Numbered from the stretch's first letter, positions 1-10,386 are shown. The stretch: DNA of 64,000 bases from Algisphaera sp. (GCA_036480015.1 JAZGFZ010000051.1:2319-66318); one strand, 5' to 3'. Notes: generated by a model from the sequence alone, not told the origin. A program made the numbers and translations.

Positions 1-132
1 AATGAGCTTAAAACTCAAGTTGACATGACCAAACTCGAAGACACGTTGATGAGCGAAGGCACCGCCAAGTTTGCCGACCCGCACAAAAAACTCATCGCAG
101 CCTTGGCTGAAAAACGCATTGCGTTGGCTTAG
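1..132 (+). CDS. C-terminal fragment of probable transaldolase (runs off window start)
   Basis: Frame 1 reads NELKTQVDMTKLEDTLMSEGTAKFADPHKKLIAALAEKRIALA*. The EGxxKFADP tail resembles transaldolase C-termini; only 43 aa are visible. Confidence 0.55.
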   Translation, partial: NELKTQVDMTKLEDTLMSEGTAKFADPHKKLIAALAEKRIALA

Positions 133-181
133 ACAGGGTCTCATAAACACAATAGGGATTACGGTTTTACTGTGATATTTA

Positions 182-217
182 AAAACCCCCGCAGCATCTT
201 TGTGCTGCGGGGGTTTT
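182..217. terminator. Bidirectional intrinsic terminator
   Basis: AAAACCCCCGCAGCA-6 nt-TGCTGCGGGGGTTTT, a 15-bp perfect stem between convergent genes. Confidence 0.85.
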
Positions 218-245
218 GTTTAATTGCGCGGTTCGAAGCGTTTAT

Positions 246-611
246 TTAGCTGCCTTGGGGTTGCGCCCCAGCGGCCGTTCGTTTTTCGAGGTCGGCCACT
301 ACTTGAGTCAGGTGCTGGGCCAGTTGCTTGGCGGTTTGAGGGTTGAGCACCACGCGGTGCGACACGTCAAAGCGGAAGGTGCCGACTTTTTTGCTTTCAT
401 CGCCTTCAACGGGCTGGTCGCCGGTGAAGTGATTGATGCCCAAGTCTAAAAACAATTCGTTGCTGCCTAGGCTGCTGCGAAAGGCATTGGCGTAAAGCGT
501 GTTGAGGTTCGCTTCATTGAATTGCACACGTACCTGACGTTTGGGGTCGGCGCCTTCGCTTTCGGTGGGGGTGGACGAGCTGTAAGATTGGTCGTGGGCA
601 GTGTCGGTCAT
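246..611 (-). CDS. DUF3467-like protein
   Basis: YANAFRSS...ELFLDLG...RVVLNPQTAKQL pattern. Confidence 0.7.
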   Translation of the reverse strand: MTDTAHDQSYSSSTPTESEGADPKRQVRVQFNEANLNTLYANAFRSSLGSNELFLDLGINHFTGDQPVEGDESKKVGTFRFDVSHRVVLNPQTAKQLAQHLTQVVADLEKRTAAGAQPQGS

Positions 612-695
612 AAGAAGGGGGCGTTTCGTAAAAAAGGGAAGAAAAGCAAGTACGGTTTGTGGGTGTCGGGTTTGGTGTTCAGGCTCGAATGTGAA

Positions 696-2078
696 TTAGG
701 GCGTCGGCGGGACTGTTGGGGCTGTCGAGACTGGTGCGCTATAACGCGAGCCTTTTAACAGTACCCGACGATTCACGGGTGGGCCACTGGGTAGTTTGGG
801 GCCAATCGTCATGGCTCCGCCAAACACAACCACATTGGCCAGCAGCAACCACAGGCGTGGCGATCCGTCGCGGGCAAAGTGAATGATGAGTGTCGAGAGC
901 AGGAGCATGATCAACATGATGGGGATTAGTCCGCGCCAAGCCAATTTCATGAGTTGATCAAAGCGGAAACGTGGCAAGGTCCATCGAATCCACATCATGG
1001 TAAACAGCAGCAAGAACACCTTAAAGGCAAAGACGCCAAATTTAAGGGCAACGATCAAGCCGCCGCTAAGCAAGCCGCCACTCGCCACGCCATCGGCATC
1101 CAAAGTGCCTGTGATTCGGGGCAGCATTTCGACAAAGGGCAGTAAGTCCCAGCCGCCTAAAAACATGACGCAAAAGAAGGCGCTGCCCGCGATCATGTGC
1201 ATGTATTCGGCCAAGAAAAACAGTGCCCATTTCATGCTGCTGTATTCGGTGTGAAATCCGCCGACCAATTCTTGCTCGGTTTCGGCCAAGTCAAACGGCG
1301 CTCGGTTGCATTCGGCCAAAATGCAGATGAAAAAGATCACGGCCAAAAACGGATGAATGAAAATGCCCCACACGCCCTCGTTGCCGCCGCCGGCCTGAAG
1401 GTTCACCATCAAGCCGGTGTCGGTGGTGCCTGAAAAAGTCAAAATCATGATGAGTACGCACAATCCCATGGGGATTTCATAGCTCACCATTTGGGCGGTG
1501 GCTCGTAGGCCCCCCAAAAACGAATATTTGTTGTTGCTGGCATAGGCGCCCAGAACAATGCCGTACACCGCCAGTGAGCTGACGGCCAAGATGTAAAGCA
1601 GGCCCACCTGAATCGGCAGCACCGTCACGCTAACTTTGCCTGCGGCCACCAATTGCTCGCCGCCTACGAATGGAATCCAATTCCATGCGGTGATGCCTGG
1701 AAATGCCCACAGGCCTCCCCATGGAATGACTGCCCAGCCAATGAGTGCTGGAATAACTGCCAATGCCGGTGCGGCAATGAACAGTGCTTTGTCCACCCGT
1801 GGCGGGGTGTAATCTTCTTTTAAAAACAACTTCAAGCCGTCGGCCAAGGCTTGGCCGAGTCCAAAGTGCTTGCGTCCTTCAAACCAGCCATCAATGCCCA
1901 GTTTTTTCCACAGGTCATTTAACCCAAACGACAGGTTGGTGCGGTTGGGCCCAATGCGGTCTTGGGTCCACGATGCCACCTTGCGTTCTAGGAAAATCAG
2001 GTACGCCGTGCCACCTAACATCGTATGCACGACCACAAGAATGACCACCACACTGACAAAGAACTGCGCGCTAAGCAT
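696..2078 (-). CDS. nuoH: NADH-quinone oxidoreductase subunit H
   Basis: ERKVASWTQDRIGPNR, QALADGLKLFLKED, NRAPFDLAE...ELVGGFHTEYS, PRFRFDQLMKLAW. Start reassigned to the ATG at 2078 (MLSAQFF). Confidence 0.93.
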   Translation of the reverse strand: MLSAQFFVSVVVILVVVHTMLGGTAYLIFLERKVASWTQDRIGPNRTNLSFGLNDLWKKLGIDGWFEGRKHFGLGQALADGLKLFLKEDYTPPRVDKALFIAAPALAVIPALIGWAVIPWGGLWAFPGITAWNWIPFVGGEQLVAAGKVSVTVLPIQVGLLYILAVSSLAVYGIVLGAYASNNKYSFLGGLRATAQMVSYEIPMGLCVLIMILTFSGTTDTGLMVNLQAGGGNEGVWGIFIHPFLAVIFFICILAECNRAPFDLAETEQELVGGFHTEYSSMKWALFFLAEYMHMIAGSAFFCVMFLGGWDLLPFVEMLPRITGTLDADGVASGGLLSGGLIVALKFGVFAFKVFLLLFTMMWIRWTLPRFRFDQLMKLAWRGLIPIMLIMLLLSTLIIHFARDGSPRLWLLLANVVVFGGAMTIGPKLPSGPPVNRRVLLKGSRYSAPVSTAPTVPPTP

Positions 2079-2180
2079 GAAAGACAGCCCAGATAGGGAT
2101 GAGAAGTGCCGCCAATGCAACACAGACGCCGATAGGATACCCGCTTCGCCCGGCCCATTCCCTGCTCGCTCTCGATTGAC

Positions 2181-4031
2181 TTGAACCCCACGCCCCACGA
2201 TCTTCACTCTGAGTCGACTTCCGAGTCTATTCCTGAGCCAACCTCAGAGCCAATCCCCAAGCAGTCCTCTGCCGCAGCGGCGTCACGCCCCGCAGGCGGC
2301 CCTTTCACCGGTCCGGATCGCCGAAAGCCTGGCTCTTCGAGTGCTGTTCGTCGGTCTTCGCGACGCTCCACCGACGAATCCATCAAAGAAACCATTGAGT
2401 CGGTCGTCATCGCCTTCATTCTCACCTTTATTTTCCGCGCCTTCGTCATGGAGGCCTTTGTGATTCCCACGGGTTCAATGGCGCCCACCCTTTTGGGGCA
2501 ACATGTTGAAGCCCGCTGCTCTCAGTGTGGCTACACATTCACCTTTGATGAATCGGGAACCGCTCGGCTTAGACGGGGAGCCACGGCGTCTTGCCCCATG
2601 TGTTTTTTTCACATCGACTCCCCTGCCGGCACCGCCACTCGCTCGGGTGATCGCTTGCTGGTTCAAAAATACCTGTACCACGTCACCGAACCACGCCGCT
2701 GGGATGTTGTGGTTTTTCGAAATCCCCAAGCGGTTAATCACGAAAATCAATCGCCTGGTCCTACCACCAATTACATCAAACGACTGGTGGGCTTGCCCAA
2801 TGAAGACCTCACGCTTTTTGAGGGCAACATTCACGTTCGTCCACATCGCAAAGAGTCTGATGCTCCCGGGCAGTGGCGTATCGCTCGCAAAACCGATCCT
2901 GCGGCCAACCCACGATGGGAAAAAATCCAGCGAGCCCTTTGGCAGCCGATTTACCACAGCAAATACCGCCCACTTGATGGCGGGATAGAACACCAAGGTG
3001 ATCGCCGCCATCGTTATACCGCTTGGCGCGACCCATGGATCCCCAGCGGCAGTCGATGGCGCGTCGCAGGCGACAAGCCCGGCCATCGTCTTCAAACCGA
3101 CGTGAAGTTGCCTGCAAGCCTCACTTTTGATTGGTCGCTTTATCGCGATTCAGGAGTTTATCACCCGTACAACACCACCATTAGCAATGGCGGTGTGGTG
3201 CGTGGGCAGGCGATCGAAGACATTCGCTTGGCCACCACACTGGATGCTCAAATGGCGGGCGTTTCGCTTGCCTTAACCACCTCGGCCCGGCTTGGTGTGG
3301 ATCCTCGCGCCCCGCTTGCATCCCTCACCGCCACACTGCGCGGCGATGGCCGCGTCGTACTCACGCAAGGCATTGCCGACGCTTCCAAAGATAGTCCTGC
3401 CCCAACCCTTCTGGCACAAGCCGAGGCTCCCGTCACCGGCCCGCATCGCGCGGTGCGCATGGAGCTCTGGTTTGTCGACGCCGAGGCGCTGGTTTTCATC
3501 GATGGTGATCTTGCCCTGCGTCATGCGTTTGACGACCTTACGCTCGATCAAATTAAACATCGCCCGCCTCCGCCAGCGCGGCCCACACTCAAGATCACCC
3601 TTGCAGGTGGCCCTGCAACCCTTCACGATATTCAGCTTGATCGCGATCTTTACCACACCAGTCAAATTCAAAGCAGTGGCGATCGCGCCCCGCTTGGCGC
3701 CCTGTACCGCGATTTTCGGGGCCAGTTGGTTGAAACCCCGCCGTTGAATCTCACGGCCGATCGTTTTTATGTTTTGGGGGACAACGGCCCCATCAGCAAC
3801 GACGCTCGCTTTTGGTCTTCGATTGAACCTTGGCTTGAATCTCGCGAGCATCCTCAAGGTCCAGATGTCGCAGAGCAAACCCAAGCGGGCATTCCCGATT
3901 ACGTCCATCACGTTCCGCGTTCTATGCTGGTGGGGCGAGCCTTTTTTGTGTACTGGCCCGCCCCCTATCCCTTTGCCCGCGACGGGCGGCAGGTCATTCC
4001 CAACTTTGGATCCATGCGATTCATTTACTAG
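2181..4031 (+). CDS. lepB: Signal peptidase I, large planctomycete type
   Basis: IPTGSMAPTL (catalytic Ser), NYIKRLVGLP (catalytic Lys), LGDNGPISNDARFW, GRAFFVYWP. Start uncertain. Confidence 0.88.
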   Translation: MNPTPHDLHSESTSESIPEPTSEPIPKQSSAAAASRPAGGPFTGPDRRKPGSSSAVRRSSRRSTDESIKETIESVVIAFILTFIFRAFVMEAFVIPTGSMAPTLLGQHVEARCSQCGYTFTFDESGTARLRRGATASCPMCFFHIDSPAGTATRSGDRLLVQKYLYHVTEPRRWDVVVFRNPQAVNHENQSPGPTTNYIKRLVGLPNEDLTLFEGNIHVRPHRKESDAPGQWRIARKTDPAANPRWEKIQRALWQPIYHSKYRPLDGGIEHQGDRRHRYTAWRDPWIPSGSRWRVAGDKPGHRLQTDVKLPASLTFDWSLYRDSGVYHPYNTTISNGGVVRGQAIEDIRLATTLDAQMAGVSLALTTSARLGVDPRAPLASLTATLRGDGRVVLTQGIADASKDSPAPTLLAQAEAPVTGPHRAVRMELWFVDAEALVFIDGDLALRHAFDDLTLDQIKHRPPPPARPTLKITLAGGPATLHDIQLDRDLYHTSQIQSSGDRAPLGALYRDFRGQLVETPPLNLTADRFYVLGDNGPISNDARFWSSIEPWLESREHPQGPDVAEQTQAGIPDYVHHVPRSMLVGRAFFVYWPAPYPFARDGRQVIPNFGSMRFIY

Positions 4032-4664
4032 GCGGGGCCGAGGTGACGTGGCGAAATTCAAAGGTATTTTTCTGCCACTGCTCATTTTGTAAGCAGTGGA
4101 TTTGAATGGGATTAAAACGCCCTCGCAAGACGCTTGATCGCGGTGTTTTCCACGCCGCAGAAAAACGTGCCCGAACCATTGGTTGTGGGGCTTTTTCGCG
4201 AAGGGCACTTCTTGCCGCCGCATTGTCAGGGGGAATACTCTTAGTGGCGTAAGCCGCTTTCATTAGGAAGGTTATGATAATAAAAGACGTAATTCTCCGG
4301 AATTAATCTCAAAACGAGCATCGCCTTTGATCTGGCTGCCGCTAACCGAAGGCATCGCTTTACGCAACTATTCACATCTTTCCCACATTTATATTTCAGC
4401 CCGCGTCGCTCACGCGATTGCCCGCGTTTGAGAGCCTCTAATTGATTGGGCCTCTTTGGGACTTGCCTTGCGTTTTCTTAACTTTCTTAGATTTTTTTAG
4501 GCGTTCTTAGGCGTTCTAGACGTTCTTGATAAGAGCAAGCAAGGGCTTGAAGTCAAAATCCTCTGCTGTGAAACAAGGGTTGTGAAAACCGACTCACGTG
4601 TTGACACGCCTTTCATTGTGCCCAAATAGAGCCAAACCGCCCCCCCCCGGTTATAGTGCCTGCC

Positions 4665-5276
4665 ATGAGTGAAACCCCCGCCAATGAAATGGTGATGCGC
4701 CACGTCATCGCCGCCCTAGTGACCAACGAACCCGGCGTTCTTGCCCATGTGGCAGGCATGTTCGCCGCCCGAGGATTCAACATTGATTCTTTGGTGGTGG
4801 GCCGCACCGAAAACCCTGAATTGTCGCGTATGACCATTGTGGTTGCAGGCGATAATGCCATTTTAGAACAGGTGCGCAAGCAGCTTCAAAAGCTTGTGCC
4901 CGTGGTCAAGGTGGTGGATTACCAAGATGCCGCCTATGTCGAACGTGACCTCATGCTTGTGCAGGTGTCCACCAAGGGCCCCGGCGGCGACGCCGACAAA
5001 CGTGAAGAAATCAGCTCGCTCACGCAGTTGTTCCGTGCTCGGGTGGTTGATGTTGCGGGCGATCAACTCATGATCGAAGTGGCGGGCAGCGAAGAAAAGC
5101 TTGAAGCCTTTTTACAACTCATCGAACCCTACGGGATCATTGAGTTGGCTCGCACCGGCGTCATCGCCATGCGTCGCGGCAACAACAGCAGCTTTCGTCG
5201 GGTGGCCATGGCTCGCATGACATCGGCTCAATCAAGTGGCGGTGGTGTGGATGCCGCGGATTTGCCGCCAGGGTGA
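4665..5276 (+). CDS. ilvN: Acetolactate synthase small (regulatory) subunit
   Basis: VTNEPGVLAHVAGMFAARGFNIDSLVVG ACT domain; ELARTGVIAM tail. Confidence 0.92.
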   Translation: MSETPANEMVMRHVIAALVTNEPGVLAHVAGMFAARGFNIDSLVVGRTENPELSRMTIVVAGDNAILEQVRKQLQKLVPVVKVVDYQDAAYVERDLMLVQVSTKGPGGDADKREEISSLTQLFRARVVDVAGDQLMIEVAGSEEKLEAFLQLIEPYGIIELARTGVIAMRRGNNSSFRRVAMARMTSAQSSGGGVDAADLPPG

Positions 5277-5280
5277 GTCT

Positions 5281-6984
5281 GTGCTGAAAGGAATACGCAT
5301 ATCGCTTGCCAACAAGTGCCAGCTCCTTTTTGGACTGGCCGTGTTGTTGGTCGTCATTGCCGCGCTCGCGGTGGTGGCGCTGCGTATGAAGGCGTTGGTT
5401 CACCGGGGCCCCGAGCGTCGGGCTCAAGACCTTGCCGACATGTGGCTTGCCGGGCAAATCACCTTTGGTGATCCCATTCGCTTGGTCGACCAAGATGATC
5501 CGCCCCCCGCAAAAACCGGTGTGGTTCTCTCGCTTATTCATGAAGATGAATTTCATTTTCACAGCAAAGAAAACCCCTTTCTTGCTCAGGCCATTGAGCA
5601 ATTTGAAGATGCGGCCAACGCGCATGAACGCTTTGACACCGCCCGCGATGCCAGTGGTCAAAACTATTTTCGGTATGCCCGGGCCATTCTTGCGTCTGAT
5701 CTCAATCGCCTCGAATCAACCTTTAACGCGGGGCTTACGCCTTCAGGTGTGGCCGACCCGCTTCGCCGCGTGCTTTACATTCAACTACGCGACCAAGAAG
5801 CCGCCCGCCAGCAAACCCTCAATCGAATCACCTTGGTGGGGGCAGGCCTTATTGCGGGTCTTTTGGCCATCGCTGTTTTCTATTACATCACCACGCGCAT
5901 TATTCTTTCGCCTGTGCGTGTGTTGCGCGGCTATGCCCAGCGTGTGAGTGAGGGTGATCTTTCGATTCGAAGTGACATCAATACGGGCGATGAATTTGAG
6001 CAACTCTCGGACATGTTCAACACCATGCTTGCCAATCTTAAAGAGCAGCAAGATGATCTGGCCAGTGCCAACCAAACCCTTGACCTCAAGCTCATGGATC
6101 TGGCCGAATCCAATGTGGCCTTGTTTGAAGCCAATGAGCTTAAGGGTGAGTTTTTAGCCAATGTGTCCCACGAGCTGCGCACGCCGCTGAATTCCATTAT
6201 TGGCTTTGCTGAAATTCTTCAAGAAGCACTTGCGGGCCAGCAAGGCCCCACACAAGGGTCTTCTCAAGAAAAGAGCCAGCGCTACACCGCCAATATTATT
6301 GTGAGTAGTCGGCGTTTGCTCGAACTTATTAACGACCTTTTGGACTTGGCCAAAATCGAAGCGGGCAAAGTGGAGCTTCGCATCGATCGCGTTTCCATCG
6401 CCGACACCGTCGAGGGCCTCATGACCCTCATTCGCCCCCAGGCCGAAAAGAAAAACATCGACTTGCGTGTCATCATGGGGCCTCGCGTGCCCATTGTTGA
6501 AACCGATCCGGGCAAACTTCAGCAAATCGTTTTTAACTTTCTTGCCAACGCCATCAAATTCACGCCCCCCCACGGCCGTGTCACCTTGCGTGCCGAACTT
6601 GCCCCCGCGCTTCATCCATTGCCTGAAAAGGGACCAAGCACTTTTCATGAAGAAGGCAATTCTCCTCAAGCCTCTGGCCCGCCCGCCCCGACGGCCAATC
6701 CCGTCGACCCCATTGCTCAGGGCCCTCGGCTACGCATTGCCGTCACCGACACCGGCCCGGGCATTGCCGAGGAAGACCAAGCCAAAATTTTCGACAAGTT
6801 CACCCAGCTTGATCGCGGCGTAACCAAAGCCCACGGCGGCACGGGCTTGGGGCTCACCATTGCACGCGACCTCACTCAAATGCTTGGCGGCACCCTCGAA
6901 GTCGATTCGTCTCCTGGCAGCGGCGCTACTTTTTCCATTTTGCTGCCCATCGAGAGCAAGTCGCCCCCGCAACCCTCACTCTAG
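5281..6984 (+). CDS. Membrane sensor histidine kinase (HAMP-HisKA-HATPase)
   Basis: Two TM segments, HAMP, FLANVSHELRTPLNSIIGF H-box, NFLANAIKFT, DTGPGI, GGTGLGL. Confidence 0.93.
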   Translation: MLKGIRISLANKCQLLFGLAVLLVVIAALAVVALRMKALVHRGPERRAQDLADMWLAGQITFGDPIRLVDQDDPPPAKTGVVLSLIHEDEFHFHSKENPFLAQAIEQFEDAANAHERFDTARDASGQNYFRYARAILASDLNRLESTFNAGLTPSGVADPLRRVLYIQLRDQEAARQQTLNRITLVGAGLIAGLLAIAVFYYITTRIILSPVRVLRGYAQRVSEGDLSIRSDINTGDEFEQLSDMFNTMLANLKEQQDDLASANQTLDLKLMDLAESNVALFEANELKGEFLANVSHELRTPLNSIIGFAEILQEALAGQQGPTQGSSQEKSQRYTANIIVSSRRLLELINDLLDLAKIEAGKVELRIDRVSIADTVEGLMTLIRPQAEKKNIDLRVIMGPRVPIVETDPGKLQQIVFNFLANAIKFTPPHGRVTLRAELAPALHPLPEKGPSTFHEEGNSPQASGPPAPTANPVDPIAQGPRLRIAVTDTGPGIAEEDQAKIFDKFTQLDRGVTKAHGGTGLGLTIARDLTQMLGGTLEVDSSPGSGATFSILLPIESKSPPQPSL

Positions 6985-7033
6985 TTAAACTCTGTAAACG
7001 CAAGTCCCCACAAGACCCCGTAAGGATCCCCCC

Positions 7034-7606
7034 ATGGGCATCGAAGCCGCATTTCCCGCCGAAGGCGTTCTCACCACCCAGCTGCAAAAGGTCATCAATT
7101 GGTCGCGCCGTAGCTCGGTGTGGCCCATGCCCTTTGCCACCGCTTGCTGCGGTATTGAACTCATGGCCACGGCCAGCAGCCGATTCGACCTGGCCCGATT
7201 TGGGGCCGAGGTCATGCGTTTTAGTCCGCGCCAAGCCGACCTCATGCTTGTCGCAGGCCGCGTAAGTGTAAAAATGCTGCCCGTTTTGCAACGTATCTAT
7301 CAGCAAATGTGCGAGCCCAAATGGGTTATTTCCATGGGGGCCTGCGCCAGCACCGGCGGCGTGTTTGACACTTACGCCACGGTTCAGGGCATCGACCAAT
7401 TCATTCCCGTCGATGTTTATGTTCCCGGTTGCCCCCCCCGACCTGAAACGCTCATCGAAGGCGTCATGGCCATTCAGCGCATCATCGACAACGATGGCAT
7501 TCCGCCCAATGGCCCCAACGGCTTGCGGCGGCCACTTAACATCGTGGTGGATCCCACCCACACCGTGCAGCCTCAGCCCACGCCCGTCACCGTGGGATTA
7601 AGTTAG
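7034..7606 (+). CDS. nuoB: NADH-quinone oxidoreductase subunit B
   Basis: [43 protein letters not shown]. Confidence 0.95.
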   Translation: MGIEAAFPAEGVLTTQLQKVINWSRRSSVWPMPFATACCGIELMATASSRFDLARFGAEVMRFSPRQADLMLVAGRVSVKMLPVLQRIYQQMCEPKWVISMGACASTGGVFDTYATVQGIDQFIPVDVYVPGCPPRPETLIEGVMAIQRIIDNDGIPPNGPNGLRRPLNIVVDPTHTVQPQPTPVTVGLS

Positions 7607-7644
7607 TGCACCGTCAAGCCTTAACTTTAGAGTTAAGGCTATTT

Positions 7645-7804
7645 GTAGCGTTCACCGTTTTTCGACCATCCTCTTTTTAAACCAACGCTTGTGCTAAAAA
7701 GATCAAGGTAAAACACGAAGGCGCATTTCCTCTGCGTTTCTTCGTGCCTTTGAGCCTTTGGGCCTTCGTGTTTGCCTTGGGATTTTAAACCTGTGAACGG
7801 TTAC
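7645..7804. repeat. Intergenic short-repeat cassette with 12-bp inverted repeat
   Basis: AAACACGAAGGC (7711-7722) / GCCTTCGTGTTT (7762-7773); ends in CCTGTGAACGGTTAC (7790-7804). Confidence 0.6.
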
Positions 7805-7889
7805 AGGCGTTGAGAAAAAAACGAGCAAACGGCGCGGTCTCAACGTGTTGCCTTAAATCAAACTGCGGTAAAGCACGCGTCATGATGCC

Positions 7890-9932
7890 ATGAGTCATCC
7901 TGCCCCCCATCAACACCACGGCCCGGCGTCTCACGCGCATTCTTCCCCTCACGATCACGCGTCCCACGACGCCACCGTGCTGGGCGTCAACATCGAGTTG
8001 TTCTTTGCCCTCGCCGCAGGCGGGTTACTCATTGCAGGCTGGGCTCTGGGCCACTTCGCCTTGGTCTCACACGGCATCACTGTCGCCTTGTTTGTGATGT
8101 CTGGCCTACTTGGCGGCTGGTTCGCCATGGGCGAAGTGATTCAGCAACTGCGCCAAGGCAAGCTGGACATTGACCTGCTCATGATCGTGGCCGCCTTGGG
8201 CGCCGCATCCTTGGGCAAATGGGCCGAAGGCGCCCTGTTGCTATTTCTGTTTAGCCTTGGTCATGCACTCGAACACCACGCCTTGGGCCGGGCCCGACGG
8301 GCCATTGAAGCGCTGGCCGAATTGGCCCCCACCAGCGCCCATGTTCGACGTGACGACGCCGTGATTGAAGTGCCCGTGGCCGAGCTGGCCGTGGGCGACG
8401 TGGTGGTGGTGCGCCCCAATGAACGTCTTGCCGCCGATGGCTACGTGGTGGCAGGCGAAAGCGCCGTGGATCAAGCCCCCGTCACCGGCGAAAGCATTCC
8501 CGTCGACAAACGGCCCGTGCCTGATCTCGCCCATGCCAATCAAGCGGTCACACTCGATCCGGCCCACCGCGTATTCACAGGCACGCTCAACGGCAACGGC
8601 GCCCTTGATGTTTATGTCACCCGTTTATCCAGCGAAAACACCTTGGCCAAAGTGGTGCAATTGGTGGCCCAAGCCGAAGATCAAAAATCCCCCACGCAAT
8701 TGTTCGCTGATCGCTTTCAACGTGTTTTCGTGCCCGCCGTGCTGGGCTTTGTGCTTTTTCTTTTGTTCGCCCCGTTGGTGCTCAACGAATCGTTTGGCGA
8801 AAGTTTCTATCGGGCCATGGCGGTCTTGGTGGCGTCAAGCCCTTGCGCGTTGGCCATTTCCACCCCCGCCGCAGTGCTCAGCGGCGTGGCCCGCGCGGGC
8901 CGAAGCGGTGTGCTCATTAAAGGAGGCGCTCCGCTAGAACACTTGGGCAATCTCACGGCCATCGCCTTTGACAAAACCGGGACACTCACACACGGTAATC
9001 CAAAACTCACCGACATACGCCCCGCCCACGGCGTGCAAGACACCGAACTTTTGCGCATCACCGCGGCGGTCGAAGCACTCAGCGAACACCCCCTTGCCCG
9101 GGCCGTGAATCGCGACGCCCGCAAACAACTGGGCGAAAACGTCGCAATACCCAGCGCCGAAAACCTCAAAAGTCTCACAGGTCAAGGTCTCACCGCCACC
9201 GTCGAAGGCAAACAAGTGCATGTGGGCAACGCCAATTTGTTTGGCGACAATCAAGGCGACACCCAATCTAAAACACAAGGCCCTTTTTTGCCCGACGCAT
9301 TGCGTCACGATATAGATCAACTTGAAGCTTCCGGTCGCACCACCATGATCGTGCGCCACGGTGAGCGCTACTTGGGCGTGCTGGGCCTGATGGACACCCC
9401 GCGTCAACAGGCCGCTCATGTCATTGAAAAACTTAAAAAACTAGGCATCACCCAAACCCTCATGCTCTCTGGCGACAACCCCCGCGCCGCCCAAGCCGTG
9501 GCCCAAGCTGTGGGCATCGACCAAGCGATGGGCAGCCTCATGCCCGAAGACAAAGTTGCCGCCATCGCTCAATTACGCGAGCAACACGCCCGCGTGGCCA
9601 TGGTGGGCGATGGCGTCAACGACGCCCCGGCCATGGCCCGCGCCACTGTGGGCATTGCCATGGGCGCCGCAGGGTCCGACGTAGCACTCGAAACCGCCGA
9701 CGTTGCCCTCATGGCCGACGACCTTGAAAAGCTCCCTTTTGCCGTGGGGCTTAGCCGCGCCTCCGCTCGCATCATTCGTCAAAACTTGTGGATCAGCTTG
9801 GGCATGATCGCCTTTCTCGTGCCCGCCACATTGCTGGGCTTGCCCATTGGCCCCGCCGTTGTTTTGCATGAAGGCTCTACTTTGGTGGTGGTGTTTAACG
9901 CCTTGCGACTGCTGGCCTACCCCGGTGATTAA
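7890..9932 (+). CDS. Heavy-metal P-type ATPase, P1B-4 subtype, His-rich N-terminus
   Basis: TGES, ASSPCAL (SPC), DKTGT, HP, GDGVNDAPA and HEGST, the motif set typical of P1B-4 (Co/Zn/Fe) pumps. Confidence 0.9.
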   Translation: MSHPAPHQHHGPASHAHSSPHDHASHDATVLGVNIELFFALAAGGLLIAGWALGHFALVSHGITVALFVMSGLLGGWFAMGEVIQQLRQGKLDIDLLMIVAALGAASLGKWAEGALLLFLFSLGHALEHHALGRARRAIEALAELAPTSAHVRRDDAVIEVPVAELAVGDVVVVRPNERLAADGYVVAGESAVDQAPVTGESIPVDKRPVPDLAHANQAVTLDPAHRVFTGTLNGNGALDVYVTRLSSENTLAKVVQLVAQAEDQKSPTQLFADRFQRVFVPAVLGFVLFLLFAPLVLNESFGESFYRAMAVLVASSPCALAISTPAAVLSGVARAGRSGVLIKGGAPLEHLGNLTAIAFDKTGTLTHGNPKLTDIRPAHGVQDTELLRITAAVEALSEHPLARAVNRDARKQLGENVAIPSAENLKSLTGQGLTATVEGKQVHVGNANLFGDNQGDTQSKTQGPFLPDALRHDIDQLEASGRTTMIVRHGERYLGVLGLMDTPRQQAAHVIEKLKKLGITQTLMLSGDNPRAAQAVAQAVGIDQAMGSLMPEDKVAAIAQLREQHARVAMVGDGVNDAPAMARATVGIAMGAAGSDVALETADVALMADDLEKLPFAVGLSRASARIIRQNLWISLGMIAFLVPATLLGLPIGPAVVLHEGSTLVVVFNALRLLAYPGD

Positions 9933-10024
9933 GTGCCTGAAGGCAGAAGGGGGATAGTAATTAGGGATTAGGGATTAGCAAGTAGCCGTTAGCAAGAGGC
10001 TGGCCCGCTTGGTTTCTGTTTTCT

Positions 10025-10102
10025 GTCATTCCCGCCTTCGCGTATAGATTGGAGTTCCCGCCTTCGCGTACTACGTTGAGTTCCCGCCTTCGCGGGAATG
10101 AC
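10025..10102. repeat. dRS3/REP-like element with 26-bp-period half-sites
   Basis: GTCATTCCC...GGGAATGAC enclosing TTCCCGCCTTCGCG at 10029, 10055 and 10081. Confidence 0.75.
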
Positions 10103-10386
10103 CACCAAAGGGACGTCGGCCATGGCGGGTAAAAAAGAGTGAACGGCTACGATTTTCCAGGCGACACACCCGTTCACTTGTGTCTTGCTAACTGCTATTT
10201 GCTATCCCCTATCTGCTTTGCCTTTCCACTTTGCCCCTTAATCCCTTTGCCCCTCAGCCCCTTCGTCCAAAAGCGTAAGACGTGAATTTTACTTCGATTG
10301 ACAGCGTCTTAACACGCGTGAACGGTTACCATTAACGCGCCTTCGCACACCCACAACACCCAGCCAGACCCCAAGGATTTTTATAC

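Noticed and set aside
2079-2207. N-terminal extensions in the ORF track for nuoH (also rpsA, ccsA, purQ, Gfo)
   Set aside because: Homology begins at downstream starts; the extensions overlap neighbours or intergenic repeats.
4032-4664. Small ORFs or an attenuator in the lepB-ilvN spacer
   Set aside because: No Ile/Leu/Val-rich leader peptide or clear terminator; only a short GGCGTTCTTA-type repeat near 4495-4528.
10025-10102. Mini-CRISPR-like repeat/spacer pattern
   Set aside because: Spacers are only about 7-12 nt, repeats are REP half-sites, and there are no cas genes in the window.
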